64,000 nt of DNA from a bacterium (GTDB lineage: Bacteria > Patescibacteriota > Patescibacteriia > UBA1558 > UBA10009), in NCBI GenBank assembly GCA_018672055.1, contig JABHGM010000001.1, positions 432,679 through 496,678 of the forward strand, given 5' to 3'. The position numbers were made by a program, and so were the translations under genes. Shown piece by piece: positions 28,640 to 37,857 of this stretch. The number at the start of each line of letters is the position of its first letter. The first letter of the stretch is position 1. The notes below the pieces were generated by a model, which made no database searches, was not told the DNA's origin, and saw nothing but the letters and a program-made list of their open reading frames with translations.

Positions 28640-29386
28640 ATGATACAAATTTGGTTATATTCAATAATAAGTGTAGTAATAGTAAGTTTAATATCTTTAA
28701 TAGGTATATTAACTTTATCTATTAAGATTGATAAATTAAAAAAGATTTTAATCTTTTTTGTAAGTTTTTCAGCTGGTAGTTTACTGGGTGGAGCTTTTTT
28801 TCATTTATTACCAGAAACAGTAGCTAAGATTGGTTTTGGTTCAAAGCTCGCTTTTCTTTTAATAGCAGGTATATTTATATTTTTTATATTAGAAAAATAT
28901 ATTCATTGGCGTCATTGTCATGAACCAACATGCGAAGATCATCCTCATCATCTTGGGAAGATGAATTTAGTAGGGGACGGATTACATAATTTTATAGACG
29001 GATTAATTATTGCAGCATCATATTTAATTTCTGTGCCTCTTGGTGTAGCTACTACTATTGCTATTGTAGTCCATGAAATTCCTCAAGAAATAGGTGACTT
29101 TGGAGTTTTAATACACAGTGGCTTGTCAAAGTCTAAGGCTATATTATATAATTTAATCTCAGCTTCTCTAGCTATACTTGGTGTTTTAATTGGTTTATTA
29201 CTAGGATCCTATATTGATTCAGTAGTGGTATATATTTTACCTATTGCTGCTGCTGGCTTTATTTATATAGCTACAGCTGATTTAATACCTGAACTTCATA
29301 AAGAAACTAAGATGTCTAGGTCATTTATTCAAATAGTAAGTTTTTTACTAGGAGCATTTATAATGTATTTATTAACATTAATTTAA
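28640..29386 (+). CDS. ZIP-family metal transporter (ZupT-like)
   Basis: 8 TM segments with the HEIPQEIGDFGVL signature. Confidence 0.8.
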   Translation: MIQIWLYSIISVVIVSLISLIGILTLSIKIDKLKKILIFFVSFSAGSLLGGAFFHLLPETVAKIGFGSKLAFLLIAGIFIFFILEKYIHWRHCHEPTCEDHPHHLGKMNLVGDGLHNFIDGLIIAASYLISVPLGVATTIAIVVHEIPQEIGDFGVLIHSGLSKSKAILYNLISASLAILGVLIGLLLGSYIDSVVVYILPIAAAGFIYIATADLIPELHKETKMSRSFIQIVSFLLGAFIMYLLTLI

Positions 29387-29393
29387 AAATATT

Positions 29394-30152
29394 ATGGTTA
29401 AAAAAGTTAAGAAGATAGCAGCTCGTTTTAAGCCTCGTGTTAAGACAGTTATTTCAGAAGACGAAACTACAGCTTCATCATGGAGAATATTTAAAATATT
29501 AGGAGAGTTTGTAGGTGGCTTTGAATTTTTAAGACGTTATGATGCTGCAGTAACATTTTTTGGATCAGCTCGTTGCGGTCCTCAACAGAAAATGTATAAA
29601 GAAGCAACTAAGCTAGCTAAGATAGTTTCTAAAATGGGCTTTGCTGTTATAACAGGTGGTGGACCGGGTATCATGGAAGCGGCTAATAAAGGAGCTACAG
29701 AAGCAAAAGGGGTAAGTGTTGGTTTAAATATTCAGTTACCTGACGAACAACGTATTAATAAGTATGTTAAAGAGTCTCATGCCTTCCATTATTTTTTTAC
29801 TCGTAAAGTTATGCTTTCCTATGCTTCAGAAATATATGTAGTCTTCCCTGGTGGTTTTGGTACTATTGATGAACTCTTTGAATTACTAACTTTAGTCCAA
29901 ACTAGAAAAATATGCCCAGTACCTTTAATCTTAGTAGGTAAAGAATATTGGCAACCTCTACTTGATTGGTTGGAAAATACTATGTATGAGGGATATAAGC
30001 ATATTGATAAAGCAGATCTTAAAATATTCAAGCTAGTAGACAGTGCAGAAGAGGCTACAAAGCATATTGAACAGCTAATTAAAGACAAAAAAATAACTAC
30101 AGCTAACGAACAACCCGTTGAATATACCAGTGAAGTTAAAATTCAGAAATAA
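29394..30152 (+). CDS. LOG-family (TIGR00730) nucleotide phosphoribohydrolase
   Basis: GGGPGIMEAANKGA and PGGFGTIDELFE motifs, with a ~40-aa N-terminal extension. Confidence 0.75.
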   Translation: MVKKVKKIAARFKPRVKTVISEDETTASSWRIFKILGEFVGGFEFLRRYDAAVTFFGSARCGPQQKMYKEATKLAKIVSKMGFAVITGGGPGIMEAANKGATEAKGVSVGLNIQLPDEQRINKYVKESHAFHYFFTRKVMLSYASEIYVVFPGGFGTIDELFELLTLVQTRKICPVPLILVGKEYWQPLLDWLENTMYEGYKHIDKADLKIFKLVDSAEEATKHIEQLIKDKKITTANEQPVEYTSEVKIQK

Positions 30153-30179
30153 GAGGTTTCTGGTGTTTTTTTAAGAATT

Positions 30180-30188
30180 TGCTATAAT
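30180..30188 (+). promoter_or_regulatory. Extended -10 TGcTATAAT upstream of hup
   Basis: ttgctataat lies 60 nt before the hup ATG. Confidence 0.35.
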
Positions 30189-30247
30189 ATAAAGGATTTT
30201 TGAGTTATCCACAATAAAATCAAATTAATAATTAATAATATAAAAGT

Positions 30248-30529
30248 ATGGGAAAATTAACTAAATCACAACTCATGGACAAATTAGCAGAAGTTAATGA
30301 TATGAGTAAAAAAGAAGTAGTAGCTTTTATGGAAAATTTCGTTAGCTTAGCTTACGAAGAAGTTAAGGGTAATGGCGAATTCATAATTCCAGGTATTGGT
30401 AAGATGGTAAAAGCACATAGAAAAGCCAGAATGGGAAGAAATCCAGCAACTGGTGAAAGTATCCAGATTCAAGCTAAAACTGTTGTTAAATTCAGATTAG
30501 CTAAAGCTGCTAAGGACGCCGTACTATAG
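30248..30529 (+). CDS. hup: DNA-binding protein HU
   Basis: 90 aa with the arm motif RKARMGRNPATGESIQI. Confidence 0.9.
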   Translation: MGKLTKSQLMDKLAEVNDMSKKEVVAFMENFVSLAYEEVKGNGEFIIPGIGKMVKAHRKARMGRNPATGESIQIQAKTVVKFRLAKAAKDAVL

Positions 30530-30549
30530 ATTATATTAATATTCAAGAT

Positions 30550-30584
30550 AAACCCAGTTTTTATTTATAAAAACTGGGTTTTTG
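30550..30584 (+). terminator. Rho-independent terminator after hup
   Basis: aacccagttttt/aaaaactgggtt is a perfect 12-bp stem followed by T5. Confidence 0.65.
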
Positions 30585-30620
30585 TGCTATACTCCTATAT
30601 ATTATTCACTAATATTAAAT

Positions 30621-31358
30621 ATGAATCAAGAAAATAAGAAATTACTATTACTAGGTTTGTTTGTTATGTCTCTTATACTTGCTAACGTATTAGGAGCTAA
30701 AATAACTGATTTTGATATACCTAGTTGGTTAGCTATGCCATTTAATGTTATCTTTGCGCCTATTGTTTGGTTATTTAACCAATTACTTAATTTAACAGGT
30801 AATAACCTTTTAAGTTATAAATTCTTCAATACAGTGCATGTTTCAGTAGGTATTTTAACAGTACCACTTATGTTTTTAATAACTGACATAGTTGCTGAAG
30901 TATGGGGTAAACAAGTAACTAAGCAGTTTATTAAAATAGGTATTATTTCTATGTTGGTTATGATTGTAATAACTACTATATCAGTATTATTACCACCTGC
31001 TGAAAGATTTGTTAGTATGAATGAATCATATAAATCTATATTTACTGTTTCAATTAGAATGGCCATAGCTTCTATTTTAGCTTTTACTTTATCTCAGATG
31101 CATGATGTATGGGCTTTTCATTTTTGGAAAGCTAAGACTCAATCAAAATATTTATGGCTTAGAAATAACCTATCTACAATTGTGAGTCAATTAATAGATT
31201 CTACAGTATTTATGTTTGTGGCTTTCTATAATCCAGCTACTTTTCCAGCTACATTTGTTATTAAATTAATATTACCTTATTATATCTTCAAAATATTATT
31301 TGCTTTACTGGATACACCACTAGCTTATCTAGGTGTTTGGTGGGCTAAAAAGAAATAA
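30621..31358 (+). CDS. yhhQ: Queuosine-precursor transporter YhhQ (DUF165/VUT family)
   Basis: 6-7 TM segments and the SQLIDSTVFMFVAFY motif. The start was moved to the ATG downstream of a TGcTATACT -10 at 30585-30593; the ORF-track start is a TTG. Confidence 0.65.
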   Translation: MNQENKKLLLLGLFVMSLILANVLGAKITDFDIPSWLAMPFNVIFAPIVWLFNQLLNLTGNNLLSYKFFNTVHVSVGILTVPLMFLITDIVAEVWGKQVTKQFIKIGIISMLVMIVITTISVLLPPAERFVSMNESYKSIFTVSIRMAIASILAFTLSQMHDVWAFHFWKAKTQSKYLWLRNNLSTIVSQLIDSTVFMFVAFYNPATFPATFVIKLILPYYIFKILFALLDTPLAYLGVWWAKKK

Positions 31359-31444
31359 TATATTAAAAAAAATCATTAATAATTAATTTATTAGTGATTT
31401 TTTTAATAACTGTTGATAAGTATCTGTAAAATTAGGTAAATTTA

Positions 31445-31453
31445 TGGTATAAT
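31445..31453 (+). promoter_or_regulatory. Extended -10 TGgTATAAT, candidate promoter of the surface-protein/ABC operon
   Basis: tggtataat lies 36 nt before the ATG at 31489. It follows a terminator-like hairpin at about 31366-31400. Confidence 0.35.
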
Positions 31454-31488
31454 AAGCTCAAGTTCCAAGAGATATTTTTTGGATATTT

Positions 31489-32049
31489 ATGAGTTATCAT
31501 AATAAAACAAAGACCTCAAAACAAAAAATATTAACTACCTCACCTAAACGTGGTATCTCTTACTATCTATACATTTTTTCTAAGAGATTATTAAAACCTA
31601 TTAATATATTAAAGATCAAAGATAAATTAAAATCTTTGATTTTATTGTTGTTTAATAAAGTATTTCCTCCTGTACCTAAGAGATTATTAAAGTTAGAGAA
31701 GGTAAATAAAGTAAAGAAAAGTACCTCAAAAGAAATAGTCTTACCTCTTTACTTTGGCTGGGAATTAGTAATTAGAAGAATAGAGAATTGGCAACAACAT
31801 ATAATAGGTCCTTTTAAGAAGTATTGGCAGTATATGAGTGTTGTTATGGTATTTATTGTAATAATTGGTACATTTTTCTTAGTTAGAGATTCTGAACCAA
31901 TTAAAGCGGGTACTTACAGTTTTACTCAAACTGGCTGGACAGCCTCATCTACTAACACAGGGGCTCATACAACAGATCAATCTGGTTGGACTGATTATTG
32001 GAGTGAGTATAATGTAGCTACTTCATCAGGAATAACTATATCTAGATAA
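31489..32049 (+). CDS. Hypothetical membrane protein, first gene of the operon
   Basis: Basic N-terminus, one TM segment (VVMVFIVIIGTFFLV) and a Thr/Ser/Trp-rich C-terminus. Its stop overlaps the next ATG (TAATG). Confidence 0.45.
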   Translation: MSYHNKTKTSKQKILTTSPKRGISYYLYIFSKRLLKPINILKIKDKLKSLILLLFNKVFPPVPKRLLKLEKVNKVKKSTSKEIVLPLYFGWELVIRRIENWQQHIIGPFKKYWQYMSVVMVFIVIIGTFFLVRDSEPIKAGTYSFTQTGWTASSTNTGAHTTDQSGWTDYWSEYNVATSSGITISR

Positions 32050-35000
32050 TGAAATATTTAAAAAACAATTCAAAATTATTACTTTCTATATTATTTATAG
32101 TCGGTTTTACTTTTTTTAATATTCAAAGCATAAAAGCAGCTACAATTACCTGGGATGGTAGTGAATCAGTTACTTGGGCAACAGATGATAATTGGGTGGG
32201 TGGTACAGCTCCTGTATCAGGAGATGATGTTGTTATTAATGGAAGTTACGCTAGTGCTCCAACCCTAGATTTAACAGGTGGTTCTGCTACTTTTAACTCA
32301 GTAACTGTTGGTTCTTCTGCTGATTCTATACTTACTATATCTAACTCAACAACTACTAAGAAATTAATAACTACTGCTAATTTTACAATTGGTGCTAATG
32401 GTACTACTACTCATACAGCTAATGGTGGTGTTCAAACTCATAGTTTAGTAATTGATGTTGGTGGTGATGCTCTTATTACTGGATATATGGATGTTAATGG
32501 TAAAGGGCATAGTAGTGGTCAAGGGCCTGGAACTGGAGGAACTCAGGGTCAGTATTCAACGGACGGTGGTGCAAGTTATGGTGGCTTGGGTACAGCCGGG
32601 TATAGTGCTGTTGTAGCAGGATCAGTTTATGGTAGCTTGTCATCACCAGCTGAATTAGGTTCAGGTGGTGGAGGAAGTGGTAGTGGTTCAGGTGGTGGTG
32701 CTATAAAACTTAGTGTCACAGGAACATTGACAGTTAATGGATGGATCTTGTCTAGAGGCGGTGATGCAAGTCTTGCTACGGGTGATGCTGGGGGTTCAGG
32801 TGGTAGTATTTGGCTTGTCGCAGGAACTATTACCGGCTCTGGAACTATAGCTGCTAATGGTGGTGATGGTGGTATGGAAGGATATAATAGCAGAGATGGT
32901 GGAAGTGGTGGTGGTGGTCGTATTGCAATTTATTACACTACTAATACTCATAGTGGTACGGTTTCTGTTTATGGATCTTCTATGAATGCTGCACATATAT
33001 CAACCTCAGGTACGGTTTATGATAAAGATACAGATGATTCATATGGAAGTTTAACAATAAATAATAATGGTAATAATTCCATTTTAAGTACTCCATTAAT
33101 TGATGGAACATATAACTTTAAAGGATTTACAGCGTCAGGTTTAGCTGAAGTATTATTATCTGCTAGTGATATTATAAATACTGAGACAATAACTTTGTCA
33201 GCTTCTTCTACATTACTTAATACAGATGCAGCAATTACTGTAACTTCATCGTTTACTATATCTAATGGAGCTCAATATGAGCAAAGTGAAACCGCTTCTT
33301 TAACTGCAACAGCGGCTAGTTTTACAGCAGCGGCTGGTGCAGGACCTACTTTTTGGGATATTCATAAGGATGGGTCTACACCAACGTTTACTAGTGCAAC
33401 TATTGCATCTGGAGCGACTCTTACTCATTCGGCGCAGGCCACAGCACATACATATTCTTTGAAACTTGCTGTTTCTGGTAATATGACAGTTACAGGTGAT
33501 ATAAATGTTAATGATAGAGGGTATAGATATGGTCAAGGTCCTGGAACTGGAGGAACTAAGGGTCAGTATTCAACGGACGGGGGCGCAAGTTATGGCGGAT
33601 TGGGTACACTCGGGTATGGTATTGCAGCAGGAGTAGTTTATGGCTATCAATATGCGCCAATTGATATTGGTTCAGGTGGCGGTGGTAGTACTGGTAGTGG
33701 TTCAGGTGGCGGCGCTATTAAACTTATAGCTGGTGGAATATTTACAGTTAATGGATCTATTCTCTCTAGCGGTGGTGATGCAGGTTCAAGCACTGGTGAT
33801 GCCGGAGGTTCAGGTGGTAGTATTTGGATTGAGGGTGAAACTATTACCGGCTCTGGAACTATAGCTGCTAATGGCGGTGATGGTGGTGTAGAGGGATATT
33901 CTAGTAGAGATGGCGGTGGTGGCGGTGGTGGTCGTATGATTATCTATCATACATTAACTGAAAGTTTAGATGGAACGATTACAGTAACTGGTGGTAATGG
34001 GAATAATAATGGTATGGCTTCTGATGGCACTCTTAATAGATATGCTACTTACGGAGAACTTGTTTCTTCACCATATAACACAGAAGATTCAGCTGTTATC
34101 CTTGAAGGTATAGTTTGGATAGAAGATGCAACACTTCCTGCAACAACTACAGTAACTTTATATTTAAGAACAGGTTCAAATCAGGCTAATTTGCTTGCTG
34201 CTTCTTGGTCAGAGATAGCCTCATCTACTTCTAGTGGTCTTTTAACAACAGGTGCTACTAAGGATACAGGTACTGTAACTGTAGCTTCTACTACTCTTCC
34301 GGCTGCCATGAAAGATGGATCTGATGATCAATGGATACAATACAAGGTAGCCATAACTTCAACTACAGCTTCAACTCCTACAATTACTAGTATTCAAGTC
34401 TCATATATTTCTAATTCAGCTCCATCTGTTCAAGGAGTAACTGCTTCTCAAGACTCAGATGGTAATATTGATATAGTCTATGCAGTTCTAGACTCAGATA
34501 CTGATGAAGGTTCAGTTCAATCAGGGTATATAACTCCATCTTTTGAATATTCTTTAGATAATGGTTCAACGTGGACTACAATAACAACAGGTTTAAATTC
34601 AACAGCTACCAATAATGTAGTGGTAACTCAAGGTAGTTACGCGACGTACACGGCGACGTGGTTGCCGAGACAGCAGATAGACGGAAACTATGCAGCGCAA
34701 GGTATGATTAGAGCTATTGCTTCTGATGGAGAAGCTGCTAATGCTATTGGTTCATCAACATCTATTGCCTTTGCTTTAGATGCTAAGTCTCCTGCTGCCG
34801 GATCTCCAGCAATTGTAATTGTTGCAACTACTACTCCTGCAAGTTTAACAATATCTGCAACAGATGATACTTCAATGACTATGAAGATATCTCTAGATAG
34901 TGATTTTTCTAGCGGATCATTTGTATCATATAACTCAACTTCAACCGTATCTTTAGTTGATGATCCAGATACTGTATATATTCAATTTAAAGATGCTAAT

Positions 35001-35345
35001 TCAAATAGTACAACAGCTAGTATTTTAACTCCTAATACTCCAGCTAATGTTATGATTCAAGACACAACTAATGTAACAGCTGACCCTGATGAAAGTAGGT
35101 TGTTTATCGCTTGGTCTGTTGTTGATGATCCAGCTATTGGTTTTTCTAGATATGAAGTATATAGATCAACAGATCAATCAACATATACTTTAGTTGGTTC
35201 TAGTACAACCCGTACTCTAAACTATTATGGAGATAATTCAGTAGCAGCTTCTACTACTTACTATTACAAAGTAGCTACTCTAGATACTAATGGTAATACC
35301 TCATATATGTCATCTGCTGTATATGGTTTGGCTAATGGTATTTAA
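32049..35345 (+). CDS. Giant secreted Gly/Thr/Ser-rich repeat protein, N-terminal part (1,098 codons) ending at an in-frame TAA
   Basis: Signal peptide, a duplicated ~150-aa glycine-rich module (GQGPGTGG..GQYSTDGGASYGGLGT...GGGAIKL...GGSGGSIW...IAANGGDGG) and a terminal Fn3-like domain. Confidence 0.6.
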   Translation: MKYLKNNSKLLLSILFIVGFTFFNIQSIKAATITWDGSESVTWATDDNWVGGTAPVSGDDVVINGSYASAPTLDLTGGSATFNSVTVGSSADSILTISNSTTTKKLITTANFTIGANGTTTHTANGGVQTHSLVIDVGGDALITGYMDVNGKGHSSGQGPGTGGTQGQYSTDGGASYGGLGTAGYSAVVAGSVYGSLSSPAELGSGGGGSGSGSGGGAIKLSVTGTLTVNGWILSRGGDASLATGDAGGSGGSIWLVAGTITGSGTIAANGGDGGMEGYNSRDGGSGGGGRIAIYYTTNTHSGTVSVYGSSMNAAHISTSGTVYDKDTDDSYGSLTINNNGNNSILSTPLIDGTYNFKGFTASGLAEVLLSASDIINTETITLSASSTLLNTDAAITVTSSFTISNGAQYEQSETASLTATAASFTAAAGAGPTFWDIHKDGSTPTFTSATIASGATLTHSAQATAHTYSLKLAVSGNMTVTGDINVNDRGYRYGQGPGTGGTKGQYSTDGGASYGGLGTLGYGIAAGVVYGYQYAPIDIGSGGGGSTGSGSGGGAIKLIAGGIFTVNGSILSSGGDAGSSTGDAGGSGGSIWIEGETITGSGTIAANGGDGGVEGYSSRDGGGGGGGRMIIYHTLTESLDGTITVTGGNGNNNGMASDGTLNRYATYGELVSSPYNTEDSAVILEGIVWIEDATLPATTTVTLYLRTGSNQANLLAASWSEIASSTSSGLLTTGATKDTGTVTVASTTLPAAMKDGSDDQWIQYKVAITSTTASTPTITSIQVSYISNSAPSVQGVTASQDSDGNIDIVYAVLDSDTDEGSVQSGYITPSFEYSLDNGSTWTTITTGLNSTATNNVVVTQGSYATYTATWLPRQQIDGNYAAQGMIRAIASDGEAANAIGSSTSIAFALDAKSPAAGSPAIVIVATTTPASLTISATDDTSMTMKISLDSDFSSGSFVSYNSTSTVSLVDDPDTVYIQFKDANSNSTTASILTPNTPANVMIQDTTNVTADPDESRLFIAWSVVDDPAIGFSRYEVYRSTDQSTYTLVGSSTTRTLNYYGDNSVAASTTYYYKVATLDTNGNTSYMSSAVYGLANGI
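32480..33960 (+). repeat. Intragenic duplication: ~460-bp glycine-rich module present twice (about 32480-32950 and 33500-33960)
   Basis: By eye the two copies are roughly 85% identical at DNA level, for example ggtcagtattcaacggacggtggtgcaagttatgg versus ggtcagtattcaacggacgggggcgcaagttatgg. Confidence 0.7.
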
Positions 35346-37856
35346 GATTCAGGTGAAGGTGGAGGCGGATCTGATGTAACAGCTCCAACTATTTCAAACA
35401 TTGCAACATCAACAGTATCAACAGCACAAGCTACTATTACATGGGATACTAATGAATTGTCTAACTCAACAATTGGTTATTCAACAGCTACTAGTACCTT
35501 TACTACAGAAACAGGTGTTGCTACATATTTAAATAACTCTTCTGGTGTTGGTCAACACAGCGTTACCCTGACTGGTTTGTCAGCTAATACAAGATACTAC
35601 TTTAAAGTAATATCAACAGACGTATCATCTAATACAGCTTCTTCTACAAATAGCATAGTAGGCTATACTTTTGTTACACAATCAGGTCCAATTATTTCTT
35701 CTGTTTCTGCTTCATCTATTTTAAATACACAAGCAACTGTTACCTGGAACAGCGATACATCGTCTGATTCTACGGTATATTATTCAACTAATTCAGATTT
35801 ATCCAGTCCATCATCTGTAACTAGCGCTTCATCTGTTACGGCTCATTCCATAGCTTTAACAGGTTTAACATCTGGAACTAGATATTATTTTTACGTAACA
35901 TCAGGTGTTGGTACTGATAATAGCTCAGGGAGCTATTACAGCTTTGTTACAACGTCAGATTCTACTGGACCTGTTATTTCATCAATATCTGAGAGTTTAA
36001 CTACAGACGATGATGTCATAGTAGCCTGGACTACTGACGAAGGAGCAACCTCACAAGTACGATATGGTATTACTTCTGGTGTTTATCCAACAACAACTAC
36101 TGTAACTACTGATTACAATACAGCACATAGTGTTAATATTTCTAGCCTATCTAATGATACTACTTACTACTATACTGTTATGTCTGTTGATGCTTCTGGC
36201 AATGGTTCTACTTCTACAGAAGAATCATTTGCCACACTTGAATTACTATATCAACAAACAGCAGTTACTACCCTAGAGGATGCTGCTCAGGCTCTTGGAC
36301 AATCTCAGGGTAATACAGTTTATGTTTATTCAGGTGGCGGCGGTGGTAGTACTATTATTGTTAACAAAGAAGATTCAACTGCACCTACTATTTCTAATGT
36401 TATTGTTGATATTGGATCTCAAGATATGGAGATTACATTTACTGTTGATGAAGATGCAATTTCATTTGTTCAGTTTGGCTTAGATAATAATTATTCTCGT
36501 ACTATTGGTAATCCAACTTTTAGTCAGTCACATGATTTAAAACTTGATTATTTAAGTCCTAAAACTGAATATCATTATCAAACTATCATAATTGATGATT
36601 TTGGTAATATTACTTCGACTACAGATAGTATCTTCACAACCCTAGCTTTAGGTGAAGATAATGTAGTAGATTTACCAGATGAAGATGAAGATCAGGATTC
36701 AGATACAAATATTGAAATAACAGATGAAGGAGATGATTCTTTTGTTGAAACAATTAAAAAAGCAGCAAATAATATTAAAGAATATTTTAATAATAAATTC
36801 TCAGAAGTATCAATCAGTGCTTTTGAAGAAGGTTTAATAGAACAATATGATTCTTTGAAAGAACTAGCAGAGTTTGTACCACCCCCAATAATTAGTGGTG
36901 AGCCAGTTATTGTAACCGGTTCTACTGATATTACTATTTCTTGGGAAACAGATAAGGATTCTAATTCTTTAATTGCTTTTGCACCAGAAGATTATTTCTT
37001 TAATCAAAATGAATACTTCCAAACAGTAGGTGATCCAGAAGAGTATGTTACAGATCATATAGTAACAGCAGCAGGCTTAGAACCAGATACTATATATCAT
37101 TATCAAGTAAGAAGTAAACAAGAAATAGGTACTCAGGCTCAATCAAAAGATTTTATTTTTAGAACTAGACCACAATCTGCAGAGATTGAGAATTATACTA
37201 CAGAATTAATATCTTCTTCTGAAGCTAGATTTAGATGGGTAACCTCAGTAGAAACTGATTCAGAAGTATCATATACCCCATATATTGATGGAGTACTAGC
37301 CATAGATCAAGAAAGAACTGCAAGTGATGATAGTTTTACTACTATTCATGAAATTAGTATTGAAGCATTTGAATCAGGTATTGATTATCAAATAGAGTTA
37401 TCAGGTGAAGATTTAGGCGGTAATAGGATAAGTAGAGTAATATCTAGATTCTCAACTTCAGATGATGATCTAGCTCCTGAGATTCAACAAGTTAAAACTG
37501 ATGCAGCGTTGTCACTTGGTAAAGAGACTAAAGTACAAGCTATTATTTCATGGACTACTAATGAACTTTCAACCTCACGTGTATACTATCAACAAGGAGT
37601 AGTTAAATCAGGTGACGAGCTAACAGAAGCGACACCTATTGAAAAGAATCTAACCAGACAACATGTTATGGTAATTACTGACTTTAAACTAGGTGCTATC
37701 TACAGATTCCAAGTTGAGAGTACTGATTCTGGTGGTAATACAATTAGATCTAGAACATATACTTTATTAACACCAAGAAAGTCTAAATCAGTCTTCCAGG
37801 TTATTATGAGAAACATAGAAGGTACCTTTGGTTGGCTAGGTTTATTTGAAGAATAA
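35346..37856 (+). CDS. Same-frame continuation of the giant protein (836 codons): seven Fn3-like domains and an acidic linker
   Basis: An Fn3 domain starts immediately after the TAA (DSGEGGGGSDVTAPTISNIATSTVSTAQATITWDT...). There is no in-frame ATG or GTG until a TTG at 35457, and no signal peptide. Confidence 0.55.
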   Translation, partial: DSGEGGGGSDVTAPTISNIATSTVSTAQATITWDTNELSNSTIGYSTATSTFTTETGVATYLNNSSGVGQHSVTLTGLSANTRYYFKVISTDVSSNTASSTNSIVGYTFVTQSGPIISSVSASSILNTQATVTWNSDTSSDSTVYYSTNSDLSSPSSVTSASSVTAHSIALTGLTSGTRYYFYVTSGVGTDNSSGSYYSFVTTSDSTGPVISSISESLTTDDDVIVAWTTDEGATSQVRYGITSGVYPTTTTVTTDYNTAHSVNISSLSNDTTYYYTVMSVDASGNGSTSTEESFATLELLYQQTAVTTLEDAAQALGQSQGNTVYVYSGGGGGSTIIVNKEDSTAPTISNVIVDIGSQDMEITFTVDEDAISFVQFGLDNNYSRTIGNPTFSQSHDLKLDYLSPKTEYHYQTIIIDDFGNITSTTDSIFTTLALGEDNVVDLPDEDEDQDSDTNIEITDEGDDSFVETIKKAANNIKEYFNNKFSEVSISAFEEGLIEQYDSLKELAEFVPPPIISGEPVIVTGSTDITISWETDKDSNSLIAFAPEDYFFNQNEYFQTVGDPEEYVTDHIVTAAGLEPDTIYHYQVRSKQEIGTQAQSKDFIFRTRPQSAEIENYTTELISSSEARFRWVTSVETDSEVSYTPYIDGVLAIDQERTASDDSFTTIHEISIEAFESGIDYQIELSGEDLGGNRISRVISRFSTSDDDLAPEIQQVKTDAALSLGKETKVQAIISWTTNELSTSRVYYQQGVVKSGDELTEATPIEKNLTRQHVMVITDFKLGAIYRFQVESTDSGGNTIRSRTYTLLTPRKSKSVFQVIMRNIEGTFGWLGLFEE

Positions 37857-37857
37857 T

